A stretch of 64,000 nt of DNA, from contig JAIBAY010000001.1 in the NCBI GenBank assembly GCA_019694975.1, positions 128,732 to 192,731 on the forward strand, read 5' to 3'. Below the pieces are notes generated by a model that saw nothing but the letters and a program-made list of their open reading frames with translations, was not told the DNA's origin and did no database searches. Every line of letters begins with the position of its first letter. Within the stretch, counting starts at the first letter, position 1. Below, one piece after another: positions 38,591-47,305 of this stretch. This DNA is from Chitinophagales bacterium. Its GTDB lineage: Bacteria; Bacteroidota; Bacteroidia; Chitinophagales; UBA10324. Position numbers and translations under genes: made by a program.

Positions 38591-39496
38591 ATGAAAATCA
38601 GCGGCTTCACCTTTATCAGGAACGGTATCAAACTTCGTTACCCTTTCCTGGAATCCATTCAGTCAGTGTTGCCTGTTTGTGATGAATTCATCGTTGCAGT
38701 CGGCAACAGTGAAGATGCAACCAGGGTTGCCATCCAGAATCTGAATAATCCGAAGATCAGGATCATTGATACTATCTGGGATGATCAATTACGCACTGGC
38801 GGTAAAATACTGGCACAGCAGACCGATACGGCACTTGCTGCCATCACCGGCGACTGGGGCTTCTACCTGCAGGGTGATGAAGTGGTGCATGAAAATGATT
38901 TGCCGCTGATTGTTGCCGCCGCTGAAAAATATTTGCATGATACCACTACTGATGGTTTTTTATTCCCTTACTACCATTTCTATGCCAATTATCATTATAT
39001 ATCCAAACCTAAAACAAGAGGCACCTATCCTTACGAAGTGAGGCTGATCAGGAACAACCCAATGATCAGGTCATTCCGCGATGCGCAGGGATTCAGGAAA
39101 ATTCCGATCGATTCCAATTCCCGGCAACAGGTAACGCCACAAAAATTAAACGTACGGAAAATTGATGCGCACATCTACCATTATGGAAAGGTGCGCGGGC
39201 CAAAAGAAGAACTGGAGCGATCGAAAGATTTTCACAGGCTCTGGCATGATGATGCATGGATTAGTGCCTATGCAGCGAACCTGGAATCCTTCCAGTATTA
39301 TCCTGATTATCCTTTAATCAGATTTACGGGAGAGCATCCGGCAGTGATGAAAAAAAGGATACAGCAAACAGATTGGGATTACCGCTATGATCCTGCTGCT
39401 GTGCGTATTCCATTGCGTCACCGGGTCATGAATCTGATTGAAACGGTGACCGGACTTCGTCCGTTTGATTTCAGAAATTATAAACTGATAAAATAA
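38591..39496 (+). CDS. glycosyltransferase-like protein (GT2-related fold)
   Basis: 301 aa. The N-terminus MKISGFTFIRNGIKLRYPFLESIQSVLPVCDEFIVAVGNSED resembles a conserved Bacteroidota GT2-annotated family. No classic DxD motif was checked. Confidence 0.55.
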   Translation: MKISGFTFIRNGIKLRYPFLESIQSVLPVCDEFIVAVGNSEDATRVAIQNLNNPKIRIIDTIWDDQLRTGGKILAQQTDTALAAITGDWGFYLQGDEVVHENDLPLIVAAAEKYLHDTTTDGFLFPYYHFYANYHYISKPKTRGTYPYEVRLIRNNPMIRSFRDAQGFRKIPIDSNSRQQVTPQKLNVRKIDAHIYHYGKVRGPKEELERSKDFHRLWHDDAWISAYAANLESFQYYPDYPLIRFTGEHPAVMKKRIQQTDWDYRYDPAAVRIPLRHRVMNLIETVTGLRPFDFRNYKLIK

Positions 39497-39557
39497 TGCA
39501 ACGTGGTGATGATAACTGCAAGGATGACAGATTAGATGGCAGCCGGGCAATCGTGCT

Positions 39558-39779
39558 TTAATATTCATCTTCATTAAAGAAGAAATCATCGTGCGTAGGA
39601 TAATCTGGCCAGATATCGTCAATACCTTCAAAGAGTTCACCTTCATCCTCCAGCTCCTGCAGGTTTTCGATTACTTCAATCGGAGCGCCCGAACGAATCG
39701 CGTAATCAATCAACTCATCTTTTGCTGCGGGCCACGGCGCGTCTTCCAGGTATGATGCCAATTCAAGCGTCCAGTACAT
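39558..39779 (-). CDS. DUF2795-domain small acidic protein
   Basis: 73 aa containing WPAAKDELIDYAIRSGAPIEVIENLQELED, typical of DUF2795. Confidence 0.65.
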   Translation of the reverse strand: MYWTLELASYLEDAPWPAAKDELIDYAIRSGAPIEVIENLQELEDEGELFEGIDDIWPDYPTHDDFFFNEDEY

Positions 39780-39885
39780 AAACGGATAGGGGTGTCAAAT
39801 TTCCCGCAAAAATAGTCGAATAATCAAGAAAGCAAAATTTTTTAGCCTTGCGAAGGACGTTCATTTTGCAATAGCACGAAACACT

Positions 39886-40434
39886 TTACAGGCGTGGCTT
39901 CCAGGGCACTTCTTCAACGTGCTCCATCATAGAAATTTTTCGCGCGAGCACAAACAGGTAGTCAGATAACCTGTTAAGGTACTTAATTATGAGTGGTTCA
40001 ACCACACTCGATTCATCGAGGTGTGTAACCAGCCGCTCTGTCCGGCGGCAAACTGATCGGGCAACATGACAGGTTGAGTTCGCAATATGTCCTCCGGGCA
40101 GCACAAATGATTTCATCTCAGGAAGAGATTCATTCATCTTATCCATTTCCTTCTCCAATAGCTCCACATCACTATCGAGTAAGCCGGGCAACTGCATTCG
40201 CGATGTTGCAGGGTCAGTGGCCAGCTGCGATCCTATGGTGAATAACCGGTCCTGGATTTCTTTCAGCACATCCCTGCTGCTCACATCCTGCAACTGATCG
40301 CGCACACATCCAATCCATGAGTTCAGCTCATCCACGGTTCCGTAAGCTTCTATGCGAATATGATGTTTGGGTACCCTTGTGCCACCGATTAATTGTGTGG
40401 TACCGGTGTCACCTTTCTTAGTATATATTTTCAT
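39886..40434 (-). CDS. cob(I)yrinic acid a,c-diamide adenosyltransferase, PduO type
   Basis: 182 aa. The N-terminal MKIYTKKGDTGTT motif is diagnostic of the PduO/MMAB family. Confidence 0.85.
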   Translation of the reverse strand: MKIYTKKGDTGTTQLIGGTRVPKHHIRIEAYGTVDELNSWIGCVRDQLQDVSSRDVLKEIQDRLFTIGSQLATDPATSRMQLPGLLDSDVELLEKEMDKMNESLPEMKSFVLPGGHIANSTCHVARSVCRRTERLVTHLDESSVVEPLIIKYLNRLSDYLFVLARKISMMEHVEEVPWKPRL

Positions 40435-40692
40435 TTTTGAAGTGTATGTGTCTTGAAGCTATGCTTTGCTGTGTATGCAAAAATAGAGATAGATGGTATC
40501 ATTTCATGTTGAATCTTTTAAGCAGACATGCACAGTAAATTGCCGGCATTTACATTACAAAATCTATCGTACCGGATGAACGTCGACAATGCAGCAACTA
40601 AAATTGATAGCTGAATCCGGAAAATACGCCGCATTTTTACAGCAGTATTTGATTATTACAGTACGCACTTTCATTAAAGAAAACATTACCTT

Positions 40693-41067
40693 ATGTATAA
40701 ACGATTTACCGCAGCCGGTGCTTTATCAGGAGCCATAGCAGTAGCACTTGGCGCATTTGCCGCCCATGGATTGAAAGATGTGCTGAGTGAAAATGCGCTG
40801 CGCATATTTCATACCGGAGTTGAATACCAGTTTTATCATTCACTGGCCTTGCTTGTTACAGGCCTGATCTGTTCAAAAAATCCGTCAGCGCCGGCCAGGG
40901 CTGCCGGCAACTTGTTCTTATTGGGCATCGTGCTATTCTCCGGTTCGCTCTATTGTCTTTCAATGACGTCCTCACTGCAGTTTATCGGATTTGTTACTCC
41001 GCTTGGAGGATTGTGCTTTATTGCAGGCTGGCTGATGCTCGGTTATGCCACATGGAGAACTAAATAA
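40693..41067 (+). CDS. DUF423-domain membrane protein (YgdD family)
   Basis: 124 aa with 4 TM segments, containing GAFAAHGLK and YQFYHSLALL. Confidence 0.8.
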   Translation: MYKRFTAAGALSGAIAVALGAFAAHGLKDVLSENALRIFHTGVEYQFYHSLALLVTGLICSKNPSAPARAAGNLFLLGIVLFSGSLYCLSMTSSLQFIGFVTPLGGLCFIAGWLMLGYATWRTK

Positions 41068-41220
41068 TTAAAGGTATATCATTTATGCTTTGACACATCC
41101 GTTAGCAGCCAATCATGCTACATCCAATATTAGATATGAAGAGACCCTGGAAGCAGCAATTTGTTTAGCATCACATCCAAATCATCTGTGAAGGAGAGAA
41201 ACGCAGGTATGTGATGACAC

Positions 41221-41252
41221 AAAAAAAACTTCCCGCAGGACATACGGGAAGT
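41221..41252 (-). terminator. rho-independent terminator after the porE-like gene
   Basis: The minus strand reads ACTTCCCG-9 nt-CGGGAAGT followed by TTTTTTTT, about 30 nt after the stop at 41281. Confidence 0.8.
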
Positions 41253-41280
41253 TTGACTCATTCATATTTTTGATCCGAAC

Positions 41281-43377
41281 TTATTTCTGTTCTTCGGATT
41301 CCTCCGGTTGGTTATCCTCTTCTTTAATGGCATCTGGGTCAAAACCCGGATCACCCTGCTCATAAATTAATTCCTTACCGGGAATAGTGCCTATAATCTT
41401 AAACTCAGTACGCCGGTTTAACTGGCGGCCATCAGGATTATCTTTACCATTGGGCAGCGTATTGGGCGCAATCTGGTTTGTTTCACCATATCCTTTAGCC
41501 TGCAAGCGTTCTACCGGAATACCTTTCTGCACCAGGTAATCCACTACAGATTGTGCGCGTGCCTGTGATAATCGCAGGTTATATGCATCATCACCTTTGC
41601 TGTCGGTGTTGGCACCAATTTCCACTATTATAGCAGGGTTCTGATTGAGCAGGTTGGCAATTGTATCCAGCGGCGGGAAAGACTCCGGTCGCAAGGTAGC
41701 TTTATCGAAATCATAAAATATATTCTTCACACGGATCGGCTCATTCGGAATCTTCTTCATATACACATCCACCCTTGCAGTATCATTCTCATTTTTCGTG
41801 GTCACTGAAAAACTCGCTGATCCGGTAAAATAACCATCCTTGCTGGCCTTCAGTGAATAGACATTCTGTGGCTTGGTATTCCAGAAATACAACGTATCCT
41901 TTTTAGAAATGGCCTCGCCAATCTGCTTATCTGATTTGTCAAGGAAGTAAACTTTGGCACCCGGTATCAGCTGCCTTGTATCCTGGTCATAAACATTACC
42001 GCGCACAGCATAAAAAACTTTCTTCGGATATTCCACTCTCCAGATATCATCGCAACAGGTTTCACTTTTAACTGACATGGTACCGGGACGGTTGGAAACT
42101 ATATATCCGGTGTAACCATTATCATCCATTACAAAATACATATCATCAACACTGGAATTAACCGGGTAACCTATGTTTACTGCGGTTTCCCATTTCTTCT
42201 GATTGCCGCGTGATTTGAAGATATCATAACCACCCATGCCAACCTGCCCTTCTGAACTGAAATACAAGGTGCCGGTTTTTGAATCATAAAATGGAGTGGC
42301 TTCATTCTGTGCAGTGTTCACCTTGCGGCCTACGCTCTGCGGGTTACTGTATTTTCCGTTTTTATCAATCGTTGAAAACCAGATGTCCTGTCCGCCTTCA
42401 CCGTTTGGCCGGTCGGAAACCCAATACAGCACATCGCCGAGTTTTGAGGTTCCCATGTTAGGCTGTGTATTGGTTGAACCCGGAAAATTGATCTTATCAT
42501 CCATCTTTTGCGGATCCGTCCATTTACCATTTTTTAATTCACTCAGGTAAATCGCGCAAATCATTTTCATGGAATCAGCAAGCATATCACAACGCGTGAA
42601 ATAGAATCGTTTACGGTCGGGTGAGAAACAACCGTTACCGGTATGTGCATTATCTGAGTTGAAAGGTGCGGCTGTATAGATGGCGGACTTCTGAAAATTT
42701 TCACCGGTTTTTTTTGCTTCATAAAAAGCTGCATATGCATTGTTCTTTTTAATCTCATCCACTAAAATAATGGTGTCAGACTTCAGCGAAGCAAACAATA
42801 ACGCTGTATCGCCCAGCGGAATAGGTCCGAATTCGGTATAGTTTGCATTTACATTTGCACCGATGTGCGTGATCTTCACGGTGTCGGGTGTTTGCATTTT
42901 CTGCATGGCAAGGTCGCAGCCTTTAGCCTGGTTCTTCGCGAATTTTTTATAATTCTGCGAATTCACTCCTTTATATGATTTCTCAAAAGTGTTAAACACT
43001 GTTTTTGCTTCTGCATATTTTCCATTGGCTTTTAAAGAAAGTCCGTAATAGTATGGCGCCAGCGGATATAACGGATCATTGGCATCTACCAATTCCTTAT
43101 ACCACTTTTCCGCTTCTTTAAAGTCACGTAACTTATATTCACAATCTGCAATCTGCGACAGCACATAGGCATTACCGGCCTGCTTCTCATTCACTGCCTG
43201 ATAATATTGTGCTGCATTGAAAAAACTTCCAATACTGTACAGGTAATCTCCCATCTTCAGGCTCTTCTTAAAACTCAGCTTCTGAATGGGTATTTCCTGC
43301 GAATCCTGCGACAAAGCGACTCCCGTATTGAGCAGAAAAGCAAGTAACAGGGTGATTCTAAAATATTTCATCTTCAT
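41281..43377 (-). CDS. PorE-like T9SS-associated outer-membrane protein (TPR + beta-propeller repeats + CarboxypepD_reg-like + OmpA_C)
   Basis: 698 aa with a signal peptide, TPR-like N-terminus, WD40-like/TolB-type repeats and a C-terminal OmpA domain (NIFYDFDKATLRPES...NLRLSQARAQSVVDYL...GYGE). Confidence 0.8.
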   Translation of the reverse strand: MKMKYFRITLLLAFLLNTGVALSQDSQEIPIQKLSFKKSLKMGDYLYSIGSFFNAAQYYQAVNEKQAGNAYVLSQIADCEYKLRDFKEAEKWYKELVDANDPLYPLAPYYYGLSLKANGKYAEAKTVFNTFEKSYKGVNSQNYKKFAKNQAKGCDLAMQKMQTPDTVKITHIGANVNANYTEFGPIPLGDTALLFASLKSDTIILVDEIKKNNAYAAFYEAKKTGENFQKSAIYTAAPFNSDNAHTGNGCFSPDRKRFYFTRCDMLADSMKMICAIYLSELKNGKWTDPQKMDDKINFPGSTNTQPNMGTSKLGDVLYWVSDRPNGEGGQDIWFSTIDKNGKYSNPQSVGRKVNTAQNEATPFYDSKTGTLYFSSEGQVGMGGYDIFKSRGNQKKWETAVNIGYPVNSSVDDMYFVMDDNGYTGYIVSNRPGTMSVKSETCCDDIWRVEYPKKVFYAVRGNVYDQDTRQLIPGAKVYFLDKSDKQIGEAISKKDTLYFWNTKPQNVYSLKASKDGYFTGSASFSVTTKNENDTARVDVYMKKIPNEPIRVKNIFYDFDKATLRPESFPPLDTIANLLNQNPAIIVEIGANTDSKGDDAYNLRLSQARAQSVVDYLVQKGIPVERLQAKGYGETNQIAPNTLPNGKDNPDGRQLNRRTEFKIIGTIPGKELIYEQGDPGFDPDAIKEEDNQPEESEEQK

Positions 43378-43486
43378 GGTTTTTTAAGATCTGTTTGAGC
43401 CGGCTACTGAACGCTTTTGGTGATTTGAGTTCTTCCTGCTCTTATTATTTCAGACTGTTTAAACAATTTATACAATTCAGCAATGA

Positions 43487-44491
43487 CTAATACCTCGGGC
43501 AGAACATGATTGGTTTATCCAGCACAAATCCTCCGAGACATCCGGTATAACTCAAGGAGAGTTCAAATCCGCCGTTGTTGTTACTTACGGCGTTTAGTGA
43601 TGAAGTGTTCACATCGTAGCTGAACCCAAAACGCACGCGTTTGTATTCCAGCCCTGCTACCGCGATGACTGCATCCCCTAACCTGTCATAACCACCAATA
43701 AAAAATGCAACATCAGGATTGATATTGTATTCCAGTGAAAGACCAAGATTTATTTCCTGCGCTTTAGACTGCGACATGTACAAAACCTGTGGAATGATAT
43801 CAAACTTATCTGTTACCCCGATGCGCACACCGCCATGCCCCACGAGCCGCATTCCCAGTTTGTTATCTGAATTGAGAAAGGTTTCCTTGGGAGGAACGAG
43901 GTGAAAAAATGAACCACCCAGAAAAAGGGATGATTTTCCACTGAATTCGTATGTAACATACAACCCCGCATTCAGGTCAAAATAACCCATCTTATTATCA
44001 AAATTTTCACCGCTCGACAACGTCGGATCAAATTGCTGGCCATCAAACTGATTTTCAAAAGTAAGCTGGCTGGAATTGATTTTCTTCTGAACATAGCCAG
44101 GTTGTACACCGATTGACAGGTTGAGTTTCCTGCTGGCATTTAAGGGACGTTGATAGGCCACAGAACCGGCAATAGTCATGTTTGACAAATCACCCGCACC
44201 TGCTTTATCATTTAAAACAAGTGCACCCAGTGATAGTGTCCCTGTCTTCACGATACGTTGCAGCACGTTGTTGATATCAAACGAAATCGATGGAGTGGTA
44301 TACGGATCAGCACTTACACTGCTCCACTGATTCCGGTACATGATTCCAACCCTGTAGTTACAGGAATTCACCCCAGTGAGGGCAGGATTCAGTGTTAACG
44401 GAGAAGCATAGAATTGCGAGTAGTGAATATCCTGCGCCATAGAAATCATCACAGGAAGCAGCAGTGACAGCAGTAGTGTAATTTTTTTCAT
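43487..44491 (-). CDS. type IX secretion system membrane protein, PorP/SprF family
   Basis: 334 aa. The N-terminal signature is AQDIHYSQFYASPLTLNPALTG. Beta-barrel-like composition. Confidence 0.85.
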   Translation of the reverse strand: MKKITLLLSLLLPVMISMAQDIHYSQFYASPLTLNPALTGVNSCNYRVGIMYRNQWSSVSADPYTTPSISFDINNVLQRIVKTGTLSLGALVLNDKAGAGDLSNMTIAGSVAYQRPLNASRKLNLSIGVQPGYVQKKINSSQLTFENQFDGQQFDPTLSSGENFDNKMGYFDLNAGLYVTYEFSGKSSLFLGGSFFHLVPPKETFLNSDNKLGMRLVGHGGVRIGVTDKFDIIPQVLYMSQSKAQEINLGLSLEYNINPDVAFFIGGYDRLGDAVIAVAGLEYKRVRFGFSYDVNTSSLNAVSNNNGGFELSLSYTGCLGGFVLDKPIMFCPRY

Positions 44492-44680
44492 CAGGTTATT
44501 TTATTTGTTCGGCAATAAAACGAAGGTGCAAAGAAACCTACATGATTACAAATTATTTGCGGATTCCATCCTAATTAATCTTTGTAACCATTACTGCAGG
44601 TGTAATTAAAAATTACTATTTAAAGTTTAAAAAAATCAATTCTGTTATTGAATCATGCAGGAAGCAACTCAATCGCTTTA

Positions 44681-47074
44681 TTAGCGCAGCAACAGGATGT
44701 TGCCATGCTTCTCAAATGCTTGACCATTGCTATCCTTACCCTCTATCACATAAATGTATGCCCCTACCTCCGCATCATTGCCGCCTTTGCTGTTGCCCAG
44801 CCAGCCTTCATTGATGTCTGAAGTGGTAAAAACAACTTTTCCCCATCTGTCCACAATCTTATAGCTGGTGAGTGTAACAGGGCCCCGCCAGATTATCTTC
44901 AGTTCATCATTTATTCCATCTCCATTAGGAGTGAATGCGTTAGGCATTTCCACCAGTGTTTCATTGGTCACATTCACCCGTGTAATGCCGGTAAAGAGGC
45001 ATCCGTCTGCGCTGGTAATTACAACGTAGTATGTTGTAGAGGTATCCGGCGAAACCAAAGGATTGTAAATGGTGCCATCAGAAATTTTAATCTGCGGTTG
45101 CCAGGAATAGGAAGCGTCGGCACCGGCATGTGCAAAGAGCTGTGCGCTTTCACCGGCAAAAATGGTTACCGGTTCACTCACAATTACCTGTGGGTCCGGA
45201 TACACTTTCACTGTTACATTTACAGTATCCTTACATTGATAAACATTACTTACCACAACGGTGTAGGTAGTTGTAACCATCGGACTGCACAGCGGGCTTG
45301 CCGTTTCATCAAAGTCAAGATAGGTCGCCGGGCTCCAATTATAAAAATCACCTCCTTCGGCCCATAATTGAATAGGTTTTCCCGGGCATACGGAAGTATC
45401 AACGCCAGCTGATGCCACAAGATTAGGAACCACATTAATGAGTACCGTATCATTATCATGGCATAACGGATTGGTGCCGATAGCCGTAACAATATAATTC
45501 GTTGTTACATCGGGAAAAGCATCAGGGTTAGCCACATTAGGGTCGCTCAGGCCGGTTGCAGGGCTCCATGAATAAGCAGTGCCGCCGCTTGCCAGCAATG
45601 AAGTAGTATCGCCGAAGCACAGATTCTGGTCTGTTCCGGCATATGGATCGACCTGTGTTACCTGTACTGAAACCGTATCGTAGTTGGTGCAATTACCAAG
45701 CGTAACCGCAACCACATAAGCTGTGGAGAAATCGGGGAAGCCAACCGTATTGTAACAGGTGGGACAACTCACCATACCCGCAGGTTGCCATTCATAGGAA
45801 TAAAACGAACTGTAAGTGACATTCAGCTGTAATGAATCATGTTCACAGATAGTGGTATCATTGGAAACGATAAATGGAAAATCGTCAATTATACTAACAA
45901 TAAAGCTATCTGTGATAAGTCCGCTGCAGGGTTCAATAGTATAGATGATGATGGTTTCCGTTCCTTCCGTCAGTCCATCTACATTGGCACCAATAAAAAT
46001 AGACTGTGAAGTGTCGCCCGGATAAAATGCAATGGTATCGGCAATGGTTGTGTAGTCAGTGCCATTGGTAGCCGTGCCGCCTATCACCAAAGGGAAATAG
46101 ATGGTGTCATTCGTAAAATTATCCAGGTTAATGTTAACAACACCGGGTTGACATCCTTCTACCAGTGTCAGTGCAGAATCGAACGGATTGACGAAATTAT
46201 TGACACTGTCGGAAACAAAATTCACGTCGTATGGTTGGAGAAAATTGGCCTGAATAAAAACGCCGGAATCATAAATCGGATCACCTGCATCAGCAATTGC
46301 AAGCGTAAGGTGATACGTCGCACCGGGAATTACAGGGCTCTTTGCTTCCAGCGGAGTTGTGAAACCGTCATACTGAATAGTAGTGGAAGCGGCATTCGTC
46401 GGGCAACCATAGCTGGCATTACAGATAAAATTTGCAGGGTCGTTACATACATAATAAGGCGAGTTTCCCTGGCAATTCACATTGCTGATAGTAACAGGAA
46501 AATTAGTGCCGGGCACTTTCGCCATATTCACCATGCCCGTTATGCCGGGCCCGCTGATCCATAATGCAAAAACATCGTTGAAAATCGTACCCACCCATTC
46601 TGCATACTCTTCAGAAGCAAAAACATATTTAAAGCGGAGGGTGTCGGTGTTCACCGTTACATCAAAATCCAGCACCGCTGCATTATAGGTAGCCTGACCT
46701 GACAGCGTTGTAAGCGGAGGATAGCCCGGGCAACCATTATCCGATGTCTGTGATCCCGTGTTATTGGGTCCAACGGCCAGATTTGCATTGCCGGAAGTTA
46801 TCAGGATGCCGCTGTCGATTCCAAGATTGGTATTGACTGCGTTAAAAAAACCCGCTGAAGTGCCACAACTGGTGAAAACAATATTGGACGCTGCGCTGCT
46901 GCAACCAAGCATGTTATCTACAATCTGCTGTGCAGTTACCGGTGTGGTGATTACCAGTTGAGCCCTTGAAAGTTCAGGAGTAACAGCTAAAAGAAAAAGA
47001 ATTAACGTAAAAGACAACTGTATACAATGCCTGCCGCGGAGCAAATTTCTTAAACGCATGTAAAGTTGTTTCAT
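44681..47074 (-). CDS. cell-surface adhesin-like protein: choice-of-anchor-L domain + Calx-beta + 4 Ig-like Cys-containing repeats + T9SS type B (gliding-motility CHU_C) sorting domain
   Basis: 797 aa. The choice-of-anchor-L block is GILITSGNANLAVGPNN...LRFKYVFASEEYAEWVG...FNDVFALWISGPG. The Calx-beta block is VIGGTATNGTDYT. The repeats follow the pattern C.G....L.A.GG..Y.W.P..GLS....NP...P..TT.Y. The C-terminus is MPNAFTPNGDGINDEL...KHGNILLLR. Confidence 0.85.
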   Translation of the reverse strand: MKQLYMRLRNLLRGRHCIQLSFTLILFLLAVTPELSRAQLVITTPVTAQQIVDNMLGCSSAASNIVFTSCGTSAGFFNAVNTNLGIDSGILITSGNANLAVGPNNTGSQTSDNGCPGYPPLTTLSGQATYNAAVLDFDVTVNTDTLRFKYVFASEEYAEWVGTIFNDVFALWISGPGITGMVNMAKVPGTNFPVTISNVNCQGNSPYYVCNDPANFICNASYGCPTNAASTTIQYDGFTTPLEAKSPVIPGATYHLTLAIADAGDPIYDSGVFIQANFLQPYDVNFVSDSVNNFVNPFDSALTLVEGCQPGVVNINLDNFTNDTIYFPLVIGGTATNGTDYTTIADTIAFYPGDTSQSIFIGANVDGLTEGTETIIIYTIEPCSGLITDSFIVSIIDDFPFIVSNDTTICEHDSLQLNVTYSSFYSYEWQPAGMVSCPTCYNTVGFPDFSTAYVVAVTLGNCTNYDTVSVQVTQVDPYAGTDQNLCFGDTTSLLASGGTAYSWSPATGLSDPNVANPDAFPDVTTNYIVTAIGTNPLCHDNDTVLINVVPNLVASAGVDTSVCPGKPIQLWAEGGDFYNWSPATYLDFDETASPLCSPMVTTTYTVVVSNVYQCKDTVNVTVKVYPDPQVIVSEPVTIFAGESAQLFAHAGADASYSWQPQIKISDGTIYNPLVSPDTSTTYYVVITSADGCLFTGITRVNVTNETLVEMPNAFTPNGDGINDELKIIWRGPVTLTSYKIVDRWGKVVFTTSDINEGWLGNSKGGNDAEVGAYIYVIEGKDSNGQAFEKHGNILLLR

Positions 47075-47188
47075 GATTTTTAATGGTTATCGCAATATTA
47101 AAAAATGGTATCGCAAAACGCTGTGTCTGAATGGCTCAAGTTACGATTTTTAGTCAGAAAGTAAAATTTCCGGCTGACAGGGAATGCT

Positions 47189-47305
47189 TCATCGTAACAG
47201 TGTTACACTGCCATGCTTCTGAATTGTTAATCCTTTAATGTCCGTTCCGTCCACAGCGTAAACATAGACCCCGACCTCCTGCGGTTCATTTTGATAAGTC
47301 CCGTC
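47189..47305 (-). other. orphaned in-frame coding remnant: last 38 codons of a type B T9SS sorting domain, cut off from the upstream adhesin gene by a TAG codon
   Basis: The same frame as 47306..49573 continues after the TAG as DGTYQNEPQEVGVYVYAVDGTDIKGLTIQKHGSVTLLR-TGA. This aligns with the C-terminus of the paralog at 44681..47074. Confidence 0.8.

Noticed and set aside
40435-40692. Cobalamin riboswitch upstream of the PduO-type adenosyltransferase.
   Set aside because: No B12-box-like sequence or extended conserved structure was seen. The region looks like a plain AT-rich divergent promoter region.
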